A stretch of DNA of 64,000 bases from Amoebidium appalachense (GCA_963693365.1 CAVNZM010000006.1:744001-808000), one strand, 5' to 3'. Numbered from the stretch's first letter, positions 15,783-31,381 are shown. Notes: generated by a model not told the origin, from the letters alone. A program made the numbers and translations.

Positions 15783-16695
15783 CGTTTTCCCATTTGCACA
15801 TCCCGCATTTATCCGTAGACACCACCTGTTATGCCTATAAACTGTGTTTTTTTTTTGTTTTGTTTTTTTTTGTTTTGTTTTTTTTTGAAAAAAAAAAAAA
15901 AAAAAAAAGGAATCGTTACTATTGAGAAAACTTTCTGCTGCCCAAAGAAGACTTCAATTGTTACATGTGACCATGTACAGTTAAGGTCAAGCAGGCAAAG
16001 TTTTTCAATTTTTCAACACGATTGACACCAACCCCATAACAACAAGATATGTAGCTACAGTAACCTCATGCACAGTGTAAATATGTTTAGGCAGAGGTGT
16101 TTTCTTTGACATAATTATTGTGTACTCAATTATCCTAATGCTCTTACAACTGTATTCCCAGCTGCTAATGCTTATTTGTACGACACACTCGAGTGCAAAC
16201 AAACTTATTGTAAGGGAAGAATTCCTCAGTCATAGTATCATAGAACAACAAATGAACAATGTAAATAACGAGGGACAAAAGCAACGCACAGCCGTTTACA
16301 CCTCAAACAACATTATGATGGTTTGTAATTATGGCACTAATTTTCCTGGGCTCCTTTGATGATACAAGTGAGTTTTGCCATTTTACGGTATTTGATCTGT
16401 AAATACATCAGACTAAATACGTCCTGTATACTTGTGTATCTGACGTGGTATGCCAGTAGCATGTATGCCCCGGCAACCCCACTGTGTTGGGGCCGGGGTT
16501 AAGTAAAGCTTATGCACTGGCCTTTTGCGATAAAATGTGTGCATTTCCCTGACAAATGCATGTTATTAAAATGCATGGGTAAATGAAGACGACCTGTAAC
16601 GTGCCTAAATGCAAATAACTGGTCATTAGGGAGTACCAATTGGAAACAAGAAAAAAAAAGTGCCCAATATATAGCTATCTGCTTGTAATGCTGCT

Positions 16696-16751
<56 letters not shown>

Positions 16752-17000
16752 AATAAAAAGAAAAAAAAAAAGAAAAAGAAAAAGAACTTAAACCCCCCAC
16801 AACCATATATAGCAGCTGCTGCCAACAGCTCGCAAAACAGTGTCACACACACAAAGGTCCACACACACACATAAGCCTTCATATAAGCCTTGTGGAATCA
16901 CGGTTGATACCGTCACACCTCCAAGCGCATGTGAGCTGGCATGCACAAGCGGACACGGGGAGTAACTGTTTCACTATGGCCGAATATAGCCAATACGCGC

Positions 17001-17052
<52 letters not shown>

Positions 17053-17823
17053 AGGGGAGGAGGGGGTTGGGGCGAAGGGAGGGACTCGGGGGACAAATCA
17101 AGCAGCCACAAGGGATTTGGGTACTTTGACCTTGTTTAAAAGTTTACCCCCCCCCCCCCACCCCCCCCCCCCCCCCCCCGGGCCCCCGCTTGGGCCTTCC
17201 CGCACATGGCACATGCATAGCCCAGATGATCTTGAAAAACTCATGGATCCATGCCAAGCCCTATTCAAGTAAACCGTTAGAGGGGCAATATATACGGGGG
17301 GTCAATGATAGTATCACAAATCTAGGCGCAGGCGCCAGTTTTAGGCATGGGAGTGCTTCACGTGCACCTGGTATGATATCCTCTGCGAGGTGTTCAGGTG
17401 CTGTATGATGGATTCGGTCGGATCATACATTGCTTGTACATCTAATGTCTCATTTTCAACCATGTATTAGCTGCTAACGCCACATTACTGAGATAGAAAA
17501 GTTTTAAAGGGTTCCTCGTCCCCGGCCCCTTCCCTCTCCTCTCCCCTCCCCCTCCCCCTCCCTCCCCCCCAACACACACACCCTTTCTTCTTATCGGACT
17601 CCATTTGTCCACTCGGAACAAGCTGGTGAGTGAGTGGGTGTGAGTGAGGGAGTAAGTGAGTGTGCTGTGTGTGTGTGCATGAGTGAGTGTGCACGTGTGT
17701 GTGTGTGTGTGGCACGCACGTTTTATGCTATGGCTTGTGTGTTTTAAATTGATGTGAGCCTTTTACCCACCTCAACGGTTTCCGTCACTTAGATAACGGC
17801 TATGTACATCCTCTCCCTCCCTC

Positions 17824-17898
<75 letters not shown>

Positions 17899-17980
17899 TC
17901 CCCCCCCCCCCCTCCCCCTCCCTCCCTTTTTGTCCCTGAGGCTCTCTCTCCCTCGCTCTCTCTCTCTCTCTCTCCCTCCC

Positions 17981-18013
<33 letters not shown>

Positions 18014-18523
18014 TCACACACTCTCTCTCATACATGGCACTTAGTGTTTTATGCATTTTTAGACTATAACAAACTGTTTCGAGGACAGTTACCGTACGTA
18101 CTAACAGGTTGCCATAGATAGAAAATCATAACACACACACACAGACTCAATCAGGACATCTGATTCAATACAAGCATACGCATATGACAAGTTTGCAACC
18201 ATGAACCCACACGAACGCTGCGTCCCCTCCTCCTCCCCTCACCTCCCCCCGAAAAATAATTTCAAAAAAATGAAAAATTAAAATTAAATAAATACCGTTT
18301 GAATAACGAAAAGCTTTGTGAATACAAATAAAAATAAAATCAAATCATAAAATGCAAATATAAACCACATCATCCGGGCCGGGCATTGCATACACCTCAG
18401 GCTGTGACACAAAGTTGTATGTGTCATGTTTCTGCACATGTACATCACCTGCATGCGAGATTAAGCTTGGCCTGGAGCTCGGATCCGGAGTAAAGAAGAA
18501 GAGGAGGAGGGTAAGGATGACCG

Positions 18524-18574
<51 letters not shown>

Positions 18575-19406
18575 TGAAACGTCGGGAAGTCTATCCCATT
18601 ATTACGTGTAGTTGTGGATTGTTTTTGTGGCGCCTGCAAACAACAGTTCCGTAGCCAAGCACCATTTTGTAATACAAGCCCTATACCTTTTACAAACTTG
18701 ACTGTGTCCTTTTCAACGAAAAGCGGGGTTTAACCATAAGATATAGACCGTGTAAACCAATTATAGTCGTGTCAGGTCGCTAGCCTTTGAAACACAACTC
18801 CCTGCCTCCCTTCGCCGGACACCACAGCATGGCACCGGGTCTTGTGAAACCTGCACAGAGCATAAATATGGAACGAAGATGAAAGACTCGTGACACCCTT
18901 CCGTGCTTCATCGCGCCAATCGATGGTTTTTTCCCTCAAAGATAAAAGTTGTATTTTTTTTTGTAATTACTACGAATGCTCCATTTGCCCGTAGGCCGGA
19001 GATGCAGCCGCCAGGGCATGCACTATCTTCGCATAATATATCTACAAGATATCACACCCTCGAAGGAGTGAGCCGACTTATTCTTATCCAGCCGGCTTGA
19101 TAAAGGGCCTACTGTCATCCCACTTAAATAAATACATAATTTTCAGCGACTTTAGCGCAAAATCCTTTTTTTAAAAAAATTGTAGATCATTGGCATGAAA
19201 AATTATTGTTCCTGGATGCACACAAATGAGCACACATATCGCTTCACAGGCGAATTAAAAATTATAAACATAAATATTCCCCCCTACCTCTACAAAATCA
19301 GCAAAATTCCATTCATCTATGGAAGTTTCTTAATTACCTTATTTGATAAAAGCATAAACCCACACACTATAACCTCCAAATTAGACAAAAAGCACGGTCT
19401 CCTAAT

Positions 19407-20615
19407 TCACGACAGTGAAAGTATGCTACGGTCGTGCGGTGCCATTCCATCCGAGCTTGATCGTTGCACTCTTGGCTCGTACCACTGCTGCCGTGGCTTC
19501 CTCAGGTGGTCGCGGTGGTGGTTGTCCGGCAGGTACGCAGGGGGTGCAGGCAGGAACATGCCCTTGCTGTTGCGAACAGGGCGGATGTTGCGCTTGCCCA
19601 TGGGGCCCATACCACGGCCCGACATGGGAGGGCTTGTAGAGCTTGGCTTAATCAGGCGCAGGGTGCCGGCTTCTCTCATTTCGTTCAGTCGAGCCTCGAC
19701 AACCTCGTAGCATTCGGTGGGGTTGTCCGGGTGTTGGTACGCAAGTGCCTGCAGGTCGGGCACGAAACGGAACGAATGTGCAATTTGCGCACACTCAAAT
19801 GCGGGGTCGTCATTAATCCCTGCGCGCGACAGAAGCAGCTTCAGTCGGTCCCTCCAGCCACAAAACGTGCCTTTGGGGTCAAAAAACAGCGCACGTAGCT
19901 GGTGCAGTGCCTTGGCTTTGTCTTCGGGGTGCATGGGGCCTTGCACCTCGGGTGTGCGGCGCGTAAAAATCCCTGCCAAATCCCCGTTGATGGTAATGTC
20001 AATAAAATGCTGCAGAGTCTGTTTGTAGTCGTGCAATTCGGCGGGGATAGAGTCCATGCGTGCCCGCGTAACCTCGTCGCCAGGCGCATTTGCACGGAGC
20101 AGGTGGTTGGCAACGACCGGGCCACATTGCTCCACCACCATGCACGTTTGCATGTGCGCACGCACGTCGGCAAGCCACTCATCCAAATTACTGTCTTCGT
20201 ACACTTTGGGCACGCTCGACTGTGCCTCGGTGGGCAGCTGAACGGAGAAAAGAGAGCTGGAACAATACGCTGTTTCTGGTGTACCTGCAAACTCGAATTC
20301 AAAACGACTCATTTCTGGAGAACCAGAGCGCGTTGAAGTGGGTGGTGTGAAACATTCCATAACGGGCGTGTGGCTACTCTGTGAGCGCGTATATTCGTTC
20401 TTGGCTGAGTCTGTCATAGCAAAGGGCGACCAGAGGTTCAGAGGGCTTGTTTGCATGTAGGAAACGTCGGATTCGCTGTCTATGTGGCCCACATTTCCTG
20501 GATTTTCGTTTTTCGCTGAAGTGAGCATAATCATGCTATCGAGCCAGGCTGTGTCCCCGCTAGGCTCCATGGTACCAAGGTTCAAAAAGTCTTCCTTTAG
20601 TGGGTCTGGATACAT
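19407..20615 (-). CDS. Intronless 402-aa protein with a retrotransposon Gag capsid-like core (possible domesticated gag)
   Basis: Long intact ORF free of repeats. aa ~135-315 resemble Ty3/Gypsy CA: VPKVYEDSNLDEWLADVRAHM; KALHQLRALFFDPKGTFCGWRDRLKLLLSRAGI (MHR-like); FRFVPDLQALAYQHPDNPTECYEVVEARL. Coding status is well supported; the Gag call is by eye. Confidence 0.7.
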   Translation of the reverse strand: MYPDPLKEDFLNLGTMEPSGDTAWLDSMIMLTSAKNENPGNVGHIDSESDVSYMQTSPLNLWSPFAMTDSAKNEYTRSQSSHTPVMECFTPPTSTRSGSPEMSRFEFEFAGTPETAYCSSSLFSVQLPTEAQSSVPKVYEDSNLDEWLADVRAHMQTCMVVEQCGPVVANHLLRANAPGDEVTRARMDSIPAELHDYKQTLQHFIDITINGDLAGIFTRRTPEVQGPMHPEDKAKALHQLRALFFDPKGTFCGWRDRLKLLLSRAGINDDPAFECAQIAHSFRFVPDLQALAYQHPDNPTECYEVVEARLNEMREAGTLRLIKPSSTSPPMSGRGMGPMGKRNIRPVRNSKGMFLPAPPAYLPDNHHRDHLRKPRQQWYEPRVQRSSSDGMAPHDRSILSLS

Positions 20616-20790
20616 TTCATCTGCGAGATAACTCTCTTAACATGAGATATTGCTTCAAATCTATAACATAACGGCACACACTGTGTGTGCTATCTTGTAC
20701 ATATATGCGTGACTCTGTTTCCGGAATGCCGTTTATGATGATTGCAAACTGAGATGTGGCGTCTGTTTGGTGCCCATTTGACCGGGTGAC

Positions 20791-20958
20791 TCCTTTATAT
20801 ATCCCTGCTGACCGGCTAATTAGCGGGTATTATGACGTTTTATATGGGACGTCCTAATTGGTTTAGCCTAACAGCGGAGCCTATGTACATTTTATAAACG
20901 TATTATGATTGGATAGTCAGTAACTGCTCGCACCTAAGGACTAGCCAATGAAAATTGG
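20791..20958 (-). promoter_or_regulatory. TATA box and CCAAT boxes upstream of the 402-aa ORF
   Basis: Minus strand TATATAAAGGA at ~20791-20801. CCAAT on the minus strand at ~20857, 20908 and 20954. Confidence 0.45.
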
Positions 20959-22649
20959 GCTTTTGGTTTGGTGTCAGCCAGTCGAAATGAATCAGCTCTT
21001 CAGAACCCCCTAGACTAATTTCTTTTAGAATCTTTACAATGAAGCCTGAAATTTTTTGCAGGCTCCCATGTAGATTGGTGGTTCAGTAGGCATATGCAGC
21101 TGCGATCTTGTGGGAAATAGAGCTTGCCAGACCAGAAGATCTAATAGATACATATTGTTTCTTTTTTTTTGGAGTCTTTTATTTATTGCAATACACAGTC
21201 TTATGATACTGCTTTTGTAACTTTTGGTACAGCAGAATTATTGCCAGAATAATAATATGTGCGAATGGAAACTTTCTGGCAGGGCCGAAGCGTTTTTGTG
21301 CATCGTCACTGGGAGTTTGACGGGAATCGTCTTCCAAGTTTGGCAGTTTGGACCAGTTGTTGAGAGCTGAGCCAAGCTCGCTACCTGGCGGGCCAAGATA
21401 TTGTGTTGGCTCGAATTGACCGATAACCCACGAGCTCCTTTCAATTGCCTGTCTGAGACATTAAAAATGCACTAAATGCAATTTACAAAAAGGCCTCTTA
21501 GGAATATTTTTAAAAAAATATCTAATTTTAGTTTGTTTTTCCGTCCATCAGTGCAGTTTATTGCCCACTATTGTAGTAGAGCCCCCAGCTTAGGCAGTTT
21601 GTCTGCTCGATCGGCGATTCGGCTCGGCTCGCGAGGGAGTGGCCCGAAGGGTCAGTGTTGGACCCGGCCTGCACTCCACGGCGGTAGACACTGGTTTGAT
21701 TGGCTGCGACTGGCACGTTGGAACGATGTAATGCCACGGCGCTCTTCCAGACGGGTTCGAATTACGTTTTGGAAACCAACAGTCGATCACACGTGTACAT
21801 CTTTATGCATAAACTGTGCATGTCAACGATCTCATCACATTCAGCACTTCGGGACTTTTACTAGCATACGTATTATTGCAGATTAGTGATTATTATATTC
21901 AGAAATACTTTTCTGTACACATCCCAGAGTTATTGTTTACTGAAAAAAGCACCACGTCACGGGCCCGACAGGACGGAAGCCCCGACGTATCGGCGCCAAA
22001 CTTGGCCATTTGTTTCCCGGGAGTCAGTCACTTTTCGAAGCCTGGCTATGAACAGCGACGGAATCTCCCGACGGTTCGTGATTTGTTTTGATGCAGAAAG
22101 CAAGAGCGTTCACTATCCCTTGACACTGACCTCGAATACAAGAAAAATGGAACAGCAGGAATAATAAATAATAAAATTTATATTAGAAAAACAGACTCTT
22201 TTTCTCGAAATTTGGTCCCATACAAAATATTATGCGAAACGACTCGAACGAGGACTGCGTCCGTGAGCCTGCACCACACGTCACGTGCCCGCGTGACAAG
22301 GTGAGCGATGTACCAATCAACAGCAACAAGTCAAGATCTGTGGCATTCCACGGTGTTCGACCTATGACGTAACGCATTCCAAGAGGAACCCCCCAAGCCT
22401 TCGCGCGCACGTGTTTTCTCACAGATGTGCGCTGACAGACTGACGGCTGTGACACAAACACACAAATTAGGGTTTGTTGCCCTCGCATGAGTATATAGCG
22501 CATAACTTGAGAGGGGTTGCCCGCAGCTCTACCGGCTTGTGCCATATGCGCACGCAGCAAGCTTGCAGGCTAGTTCGTTCTTTGGACACTGTCACGAGGG
22601 TGTAGAGCTGAGTTTTTGAGTGCACAGGAGAACTGGTGTATGGAACGAA

Positions 22650-23570
<921 letters not shown>

Positions 23571-24620
23571 AGACCTAACATCCCTTTGTCCAAGGTCGAT
23601 CGTTGGCCATAAAACAGTCTGGTGATATACACAGCCCGTTTTAAACCGAAATAACTCATTTCTCGCCGTGATTTTGAGTTCAACGTTATTCGTCCCGGGA
23701 TTGGAACTCAATACCTGTGCGTGTGTGCCCGCGCGTGCGCTGTGTGTGCGTGTGCCCGTGCCTGTGCGCGCGCACGTGTGTGTACATGTGGTGCTTGCTA
23801 CGATGCGCGCGTGTGTATGTTTTGTATATAGTGTGTGGGGAGGGGGGAAGGGGGGGGGATCCGGAGGATTCGGAGGGATGTAAAGCTAACGGTTGTTATG
23901 ATTCAAGCATTCCAGGTACTATGTATTGTAGTGGTATGCATATCCTAGCGCAATGAGAATTGGGACAGATGTAGTATGTGGAAGTGGATTTAAAAGAACT
24001 GCGTCTTCACTGCTAAAAACTGTCAAGTTAACTTGATGTTAACACGGACGGCTTTTGAATAGTCATGCTCTATGCCTAGCCATGGGCCAACGGATTCATA
24101 AGCATGGTTGCACACACGAATAGATGGGATGATTTCCGGTCCTAATAATAAACATGGCGTTGTGGGATGCAATTGCACCCTATGTAGCTTAGTAGTACAC
24201 TGTGGTAAAACGGATGACTTCTGTACGTTGGTCCTGCTCATCAGAAAAGAAAGAGCACTCCGCTGGAACCTGCGCGGGCGAGCTCGAGGCAGGCGAGGTT
24301 GTTTCTCATTCTTAGTTGACCGTGCAGTGAGACTCATGGAGCCCGGGTCCGGTTGACCGGGTTGAGTTGACTCTGAAGTCGTGGATCGATGACGTCATGT
24401 TACGTCATCTTCATAGCAACCGCTGTACGATTGGCTGTTCACGCACTTTTGGCGCATTATTTCAACACACACAAGCGTACAGTGGCAGCCTCGGAACCTG
24501 AGCCTTACGAAGCCTTATTGCATAGCTCTTGTGGAGTTGGAAGCGCAAGATAAACTCAGTCCGACGTTGCTTACTGTAGGTTGGTGTGACAGAGGCAGGG
24601 GCCTCCACACAGACAGCAAC

Positions 24621-26959
24621 ATGGACCTGTTTGTGCTGTTTCTGACCGTGGTTGTGTGTGCCGTGCTCAGCTTCTTCATCCTGAAACCGGTAAAACCCCA
24701 CCTACACTCCAGCACCATGCTTGTGCTTACTTGATCAATCCTCCCCCTCCCCCTCCCCCCCCCCCCTCCCCCCCCCCCCCCCTTCCCCCTCTCCCCCTCT
24801 TCGTTCCCGCTGCCGCTTTTCCCAACAGAACATCGTGCACAGTGGTACATCCCGCTCCTTAGCCTCCTGCAACCGTCCCCTTCTTCCCCCGTTTCTCTTC
24901 CTTTCCCTCTCTGCACAAATTCTTTACTTTTCTCCTTTTCTCCAAACGCATGCTCCAGAAGCACCACAGGAAATGGCAGAGGAATGGAAAGTGGGAACTG
25001 GGGAGAACGCTCCACACTCATGGGAAAAATTCTTGCTGCAGGCATTGTCCTGTACGAAGTATAGCAATTGTTAGGTATGACACGAAATAGATGGGCTTCT
25101 TAGATCCCTACGGCGAATTAAAAAGAGAAGGGCACAGGATGATGCAACTACAGAAGTACACCATCAGATTCGTTGCAAAACAGAGGATTATCTATCTATC
25201 TCTGTTCAGCGAACCCCCCCCCCCCCCCCCCCTTCCTCCCCCCGCCCTCCCCCCCCCCCCCCCCCCCCCCCCTGGTCCCTGCCTCTCCCTCTCCCCCCTC
25301 CTCCTCCTCCCCCTCCCCCCCTCTAAACATAGAAAGCCAACCCCGTAATCCCATCTCAATCTCCCCTCCCCTCCCCTCCCCCTCCCTCCCCCCCCCCCCC
25401 CACCCTTCCCCTCCTCAATGTACGGAAACATCATGTGACCTTTTGCCAGTAACTCACCCTTCACGCCCTTGGCGCGTTCTAACCCAGTGGTTGCAGAAAC
25501 AAGAAGAGGTTGCAGCAAAGGCTGCCGAGAGAGAGAAGGAGAAGGAGCCAACGCCCGTGGGGGCGTCCCCTGTGGTGCAGAAGCAGCTCAAGAAAGAAAA
25601 GGTCCGTGCAGCTCTGTCGTTCATCCCCTATGTTAGCAGGAGGATCACATGCCCACAAGAGGTGGCGCGGATGGGTGGGTGGGTGGGTGAGTAGGTGGGG
25701 GAGGGGGGGGGGGGGGGGTCTCGTCGGGGAGGCAAAGAAGGGTAGGTGAAATGTACATTAATGTTGGTCGGCAACCCCCCCTTCTCCCCTTTTTTTCCTT
25801 CTTTTTTTCTTTTTTGTGAATTTTCTCGGGGGTCTTGGGGGTGGGGTGGGGTGGAAGGGGGGGGGGGGGGGGGGGGGTTGGCGGGAGGGAGGGTGGAGGA
25901 GGAGGAGGGATGGAGGTTAAGCCGGGTTGGTGGGGTCGGTGGAGAGAAGGGGGCCAGATGTATGAAAGAAGAGGGAAGCAATTGAAGAGGTTTTTGGTGG
26001 TGATGGCATGGTTTGTGGGGGTCGAGAGGGGAAGAGGGGCAGGAAAACGTGGGAAAGTGGGGATGCGGGGCCTTTTATGGTCGTGGCCACAGGTTGTAGT
26101 ATGGGACACCCTAATCCAGCCTTTCCTTGAATTAGTGGCTTTACTGTTATCCCCCTCCCCGCCCCCCCCCCCCACCCACCTTTCTGCCTTCTCGATTACA
26201 CCTTCTCCGCCCCCCTCCCCCTCCCCCTCCCCCCTGCTCCTTGGTTTGGCCCAACCACACCTCCATCTCCCCTTCCCAATCTTTTACATGTTGGCTTCTG
26301 GGGAACAGCCGGGGTAGTGCCTGAGGTTGCATTTGGGTGGGTGGTGGTGGTGGTGGTTAGAAAGGGGGGGGGGGGAGGGGGGGGGGGGGGGAGAGAAAAA
26401 CGGACAGTGGGTAGAAGAGATAGAGTTGCAAGAAACATGTAGGGAATGACCTTTCTAGGAGTATTTACACATACCCATGACTGTTTGCACATATATAGGT
26501 TGCAGCCCCAGCCAAGACCAAACACCCATGGGAGAGAGGGTCCCTTAAGGGCCACCAGGGGGAGGTGCTGTGCATTGACATCAACAAGGCAAAGACTCAC
26601 TGCCTCACGTGCTCTTCAGGTGTGTCCTAAATTCCTTCATGCAGGGGGCGAGTTTTCGGTGCTTTTTCTGACTGCATTGCATGTTATGAAGCCCGTACTG
26701 TAAGGGATGAATTCCTAGCGGTTGTTGGCCTCAGTGTGTGTGTGTGTGTCCTAAAATTCTTTATACAGGGAGTGAATATTTGTTGCTCGTTGGCTTCGAT
26801 GTGTTTGCATTTGTGAACTACTGTTCATTTTTGGCACGTCAACTCCCCCCCCCCCCCCCCCCTTTTTCGCCCCCCTTTTTCGCCCCTTCCCCGGCCCTCT
26901 GCCCTTCACTTGGTAGGTAGAGGGAATAAGCATGCTGGATAAAGGAGGATTGGCGCTCT

Positions 26960-26996
<37 letters not shown>

Positions 26997-27653
26997 GCTG
27001 GTGTTCTCGTTTTACTTTTTGATTTTCTGTACTAAGGCATGGAGAAAGAGAAGCACGTGCAGTTCACTGATTGCATGGGGGTGCAGACAGTACTGTGCGG
27101 GTGTGGACCTTTGAGGGCATCGAGGACAAATCAAACAGGTTGAAACCCCCCCCCCCCCCCCCCCCCCCCCCGGCGCCCCCCGGCCCGCCCCGCCCGCCCA
27201 CCCTTGAGGGTGGGCTCTGCGTATGTTGATGCTGCGCACGTTGCTGATGTTTGCATACTTAAGTATGCGTTGATATGTGTTCTTCACAGTGTTTCTCATC
27301 AGGTGGTTGTGCTTTGTACCGTGTTCCGCATTCTGCTCCCTCCCCCCTTTCTCCCCCCCCCCCCCCCCCCCCCCCCCCGTTCAACTTGTCCACCTGACGT
27401 TTCCCTCCTTTAATTTGCATAGCCCTGTAATTTACCATTTTTTTCCCTTCCTCCCCTTCCTCCCCCCCCCCCCCCCCCCCCCCAACACCAAATGTGACCC
27501 CTTCTGTTTCCCTACCTCCCCCCTCGGGCCCCCCTCCCCCTTTCGGATATGATGGGCTTTACTTGTTATTTTATGTTCTTCTTGTTTGCTCTGTTCCTGG
27601 CAGGATCTCTTTTTTTCGCCGTTCTAAAGTTGTGCTTCCTCTTTTTTAACACA

Positions 27654-27704
<51 letters not shown>

Positions 27705-27857
27705 TCCCCCCAGACACGTACGAGCCAACATTGAGTTCGACAGCCCGACGGTGGCCTCGTTCAGTGGGGATGGCATGTACGTGCTGGCAGCCACGGCAGA
27801 CAGCAAGGCCATCAAGATCCACAAGTTTGCTAAGGTGTGTGTGTGTGTGTGTGTGCG

Positions 27858-27889
<32 letters not shown>

Positions 27890-28028
27890 TGCTTGCGTGC
27901 TTGCGTGCTTGCGTGTTTTTTTTTTTTTTTTTTTTTTTTTTTTTGGGGGGGGGGGGGGGGCAGAGGAGATGGGCTTAGTCTGGTTACTCTGTGTAGCCCT
28001 AAGACATTTGTGGGCCTGTAATACCTCT

Positions 28029-28065
<37 letters not shown>

Positions 28066-28493
28066 CCGCTCCCTCCCTCCTCTTACCTTACTTTCTTAAC
28101 ACACCACACCCCTCGGCCCCGTATACGCCCCCCCCCCCCCCCCCCCCCCCCCCCCATTTTTGTGACATTTTGAGTTTTGTCTTTTGGTGTCTCCTCCTCC
28201 ACATTTCCAACCCACTACATACCCTCCCCCCCCCCCCCCCCTGGGCGCCTTTCCTCAGCAATGTACAGATGCTTTGCGACTGAATTGATCACAAAAATAT
28301 CGAAAGTGAACAAACGAATCAATTTGGTTTCTTTTTGAGCATTTCACTGACACTGTGTGCAGGATAAAACAACCAAGGCCTACACTCTGACGCCTGCAAG
28401 AGACTTTGCTAGTGGCCACAGTCACCCAATCCACTCCCTGCAGTTAGCTCCAAATAACAAGTACATGATGGCTGCATCAATAGGTGTGTGTGT

Positions 28494-28531
<38 letters not shown>

Positions 28532-28574
28532 GTTGGTGCGTGCGTGTGTGTGTGGGTGTGTGTGTGTGTGTTCG

Positions 28575-28650
<76 letters not shown>

Positions 28651-29858
28651 TGTGTGTTTCTAATGTTTTTCCGCCCGGGGGAGGGGGGGGAGGAGGGTAG
28701 CATGCGTGTGTGTGTGTACATGTGTGGACGTTTTGCTGTTTCCATGCTCGGTTTGGCCTGTGTGCATGGTGGGCTTGTGCCCTTGTGTAGATAGATGTGT
28801 TTGCAGTAGAAATGGGGTGGTAGGTGGCAACTGGAAGCCTGAACGGGGGGCCAGGGTTGGTTGAGTTGTGGTGGGGAGGTAAAAAGAAGGTATTTGCATA
28901 GTAGTTGTGTGTGCGCCTGTGCACGTGCGTGCCTGTGCTTTTGTTGTGTGAGACCTACCACGGCAGAAAGGGAAGATGTGCTTTGTGGCAGTTAAAGTGG
29001 GCAGGTGGAAAGGATAGAAGTGCAAAGGAGAAGGGAGAAAATGTACTTTCCCGAATTTGGGCATATTTATCGTGATGTTTGCGGAGGTTGGGGGATGTTA
29101 GTTGTTTGCTGACGTTAGTTGGTACAGACACCACCCTGTCTGTGTTTGGCATTAAGGGAGAGAAGCTGGCAACAGTCGATACGGGCCTAATGCTGGGATA
29201 CAGGTGGGATACATGCTGCCACCACACACACACGCACATGCATGCAAACAAGGCACACATGAATACGAGACATGTACATATGCATCCAAGACACACATAA
29301 ATACAAGACATACACATGCATCCAAGACACACATGAATACAAGACATACACATGCATCCAAGACATACACATGCATCCAAGACATACACATGCATCCAAG
29401 ACACACATGAATACAAGACATACACATGCACACAAGGCAGACATATGAAAACACAAGGCAGACATATGCAACACAAGGCATACATATGCAACACAAGGCA
29501 AACATATGCAACACAAGGTAGACATATGCAACACAAGGCAGACATATGCAACCCAAGGCACACCCATGCATACAAGACACTCATGAATACGAGACACACA
29601 CATGCCCCTTCCCCCCCCCCCCCCCCCCCCCCCCCCCCTTCCCCCTGCTTTTCCAAAACCCCACTCCATCAACAAAAAAGAAGCAAAAATAAATCAAACC
29701 AAATAGGTGACCAGGGCCAAGCACACACCACAAGCGATTCTATTGGCCACGAACACACACAAACCAAATGAACTGACGGCTATTCCCCAGTGCTTGTGTG
29801 TCTCCTGACTCCCGCTTCATCATGTGCACCGGATTTGTGGGAGAGGCAAAGGTGACCG

Positions 29859-29903
<45 letters not shown>

Positions 29904-30069
29904 AAAAAAAAAAAAAAATCTAAAGGGTGGTCCGGGGGCAGGGGGGTGGGGGTGGAGGGAGGTTGAGAAACGTTTTTGCATGGGGCGGGAGTGGGGTTGG
30001 GGGTGAGGGGGGGGGGGGGAAGGTGGGGTGGGGTGGGGATGGGAGGGGGGGGGGCTGGGATGGGAGTGT

Positions 30070-30100
<31 letters not shown>

Positions 30101-30195
30101 GGGGGGGGGGGGAGAGGGGCTACAGGGTTAGTTCACATGAGCTGAAGTTTTCTTTCTTTCCTTCCCTAATCCATTTTTTTGAAGGGATGGAGTCG

Positions 30196-30237
<42 letters not shown>

Positions 30238-30503
30238 AGAGTGTGTGTGTGTGTGTGTGTGTTGGGGAGGGGGGAAGGGGAGGGGGGGAGGGCTGCCCTT
30301 GACATTTGGAATGCTATATGGGGTGTACTGACTGTTCGCTGTCAGATCTACGAGGTGGAGTATTCGAAGACGGGGGAGTTTGTGAAGGTGGCTAAGGCAT
30401 ACCAGCTCAAGGTGCATTCCTCTTTCTCTGTGTGCTCTCTCACTCTCTGCCTGATGTTCAAACCTGAATGTGCACATGGTCATACATTCGTTACAGTCCA
30501 CAA

Positions 30504-30562
<59 letters not shown>

Positions 30563-31265
30563 AAAGAAAAGACACACATACACACCACCCCCCTCCTCCA
30601 ACTCTCCCCTTCCCCCAAAAGACAACACACATACATACACGAACACAAACAGACACACCCGCACAGACACGTGTGCGCGCACGCACACACACACAACACA
30701 CACACACACACACAGACACACACGCACGCGCGCGCGTACACACACACACACACACATACACACATACACACACCACACACACACATACACGAACGCACAC
30801 ACACACACACTCACACACTCACACTCAAACAGGCACCAGGCACAATACCGAACTTAAATCCAAGTTCTTTTATCTTTGTTTCTGCATTGTTCACCTCAAG
30901 CATCCACCTCGTTCGTCTGGTGCACACTCACAACTAAGAATATTGTCCATTCTTGGTGTAGAAGTCAGCATCCCTCGAGTTAAGTGTTCTACTAGAATTT
31001 CAAAAAAATAAAAATAAAATCAAGACACCGCCCACCACCCACTTCCTATCACAATACAAGATTAAAATGATCTTAGGAAATTAATGACACCACCACACAC
31101 ACCAACACTAACTTTCTCCGGGGGGGGGGGGGGCATAGGGGCATACGGGGGGGATCTACTCGGGGTGTTTCAGTGAAGACGGCAAGCTGGCAGCGACCGT
31201 GTCGAAGGATGGAACGTGGAAGTTGTGGGACATAGACAGTGGGTGTCCCCGTGTACCTGTGTGTG

Positions 31266-31318
<53 letters not shown>

Positions 31319-31338
31319 GCGCGTGTGTGCGTGTGCGT

Positions 31339-31381
<43 letters not shown>

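Noticed and set aside
18700-21600. LTRs or a pol gene around the Gag-like ORF
   Set aside because: No direct repeats or RT/integrase motifs found by eye in the flanks.
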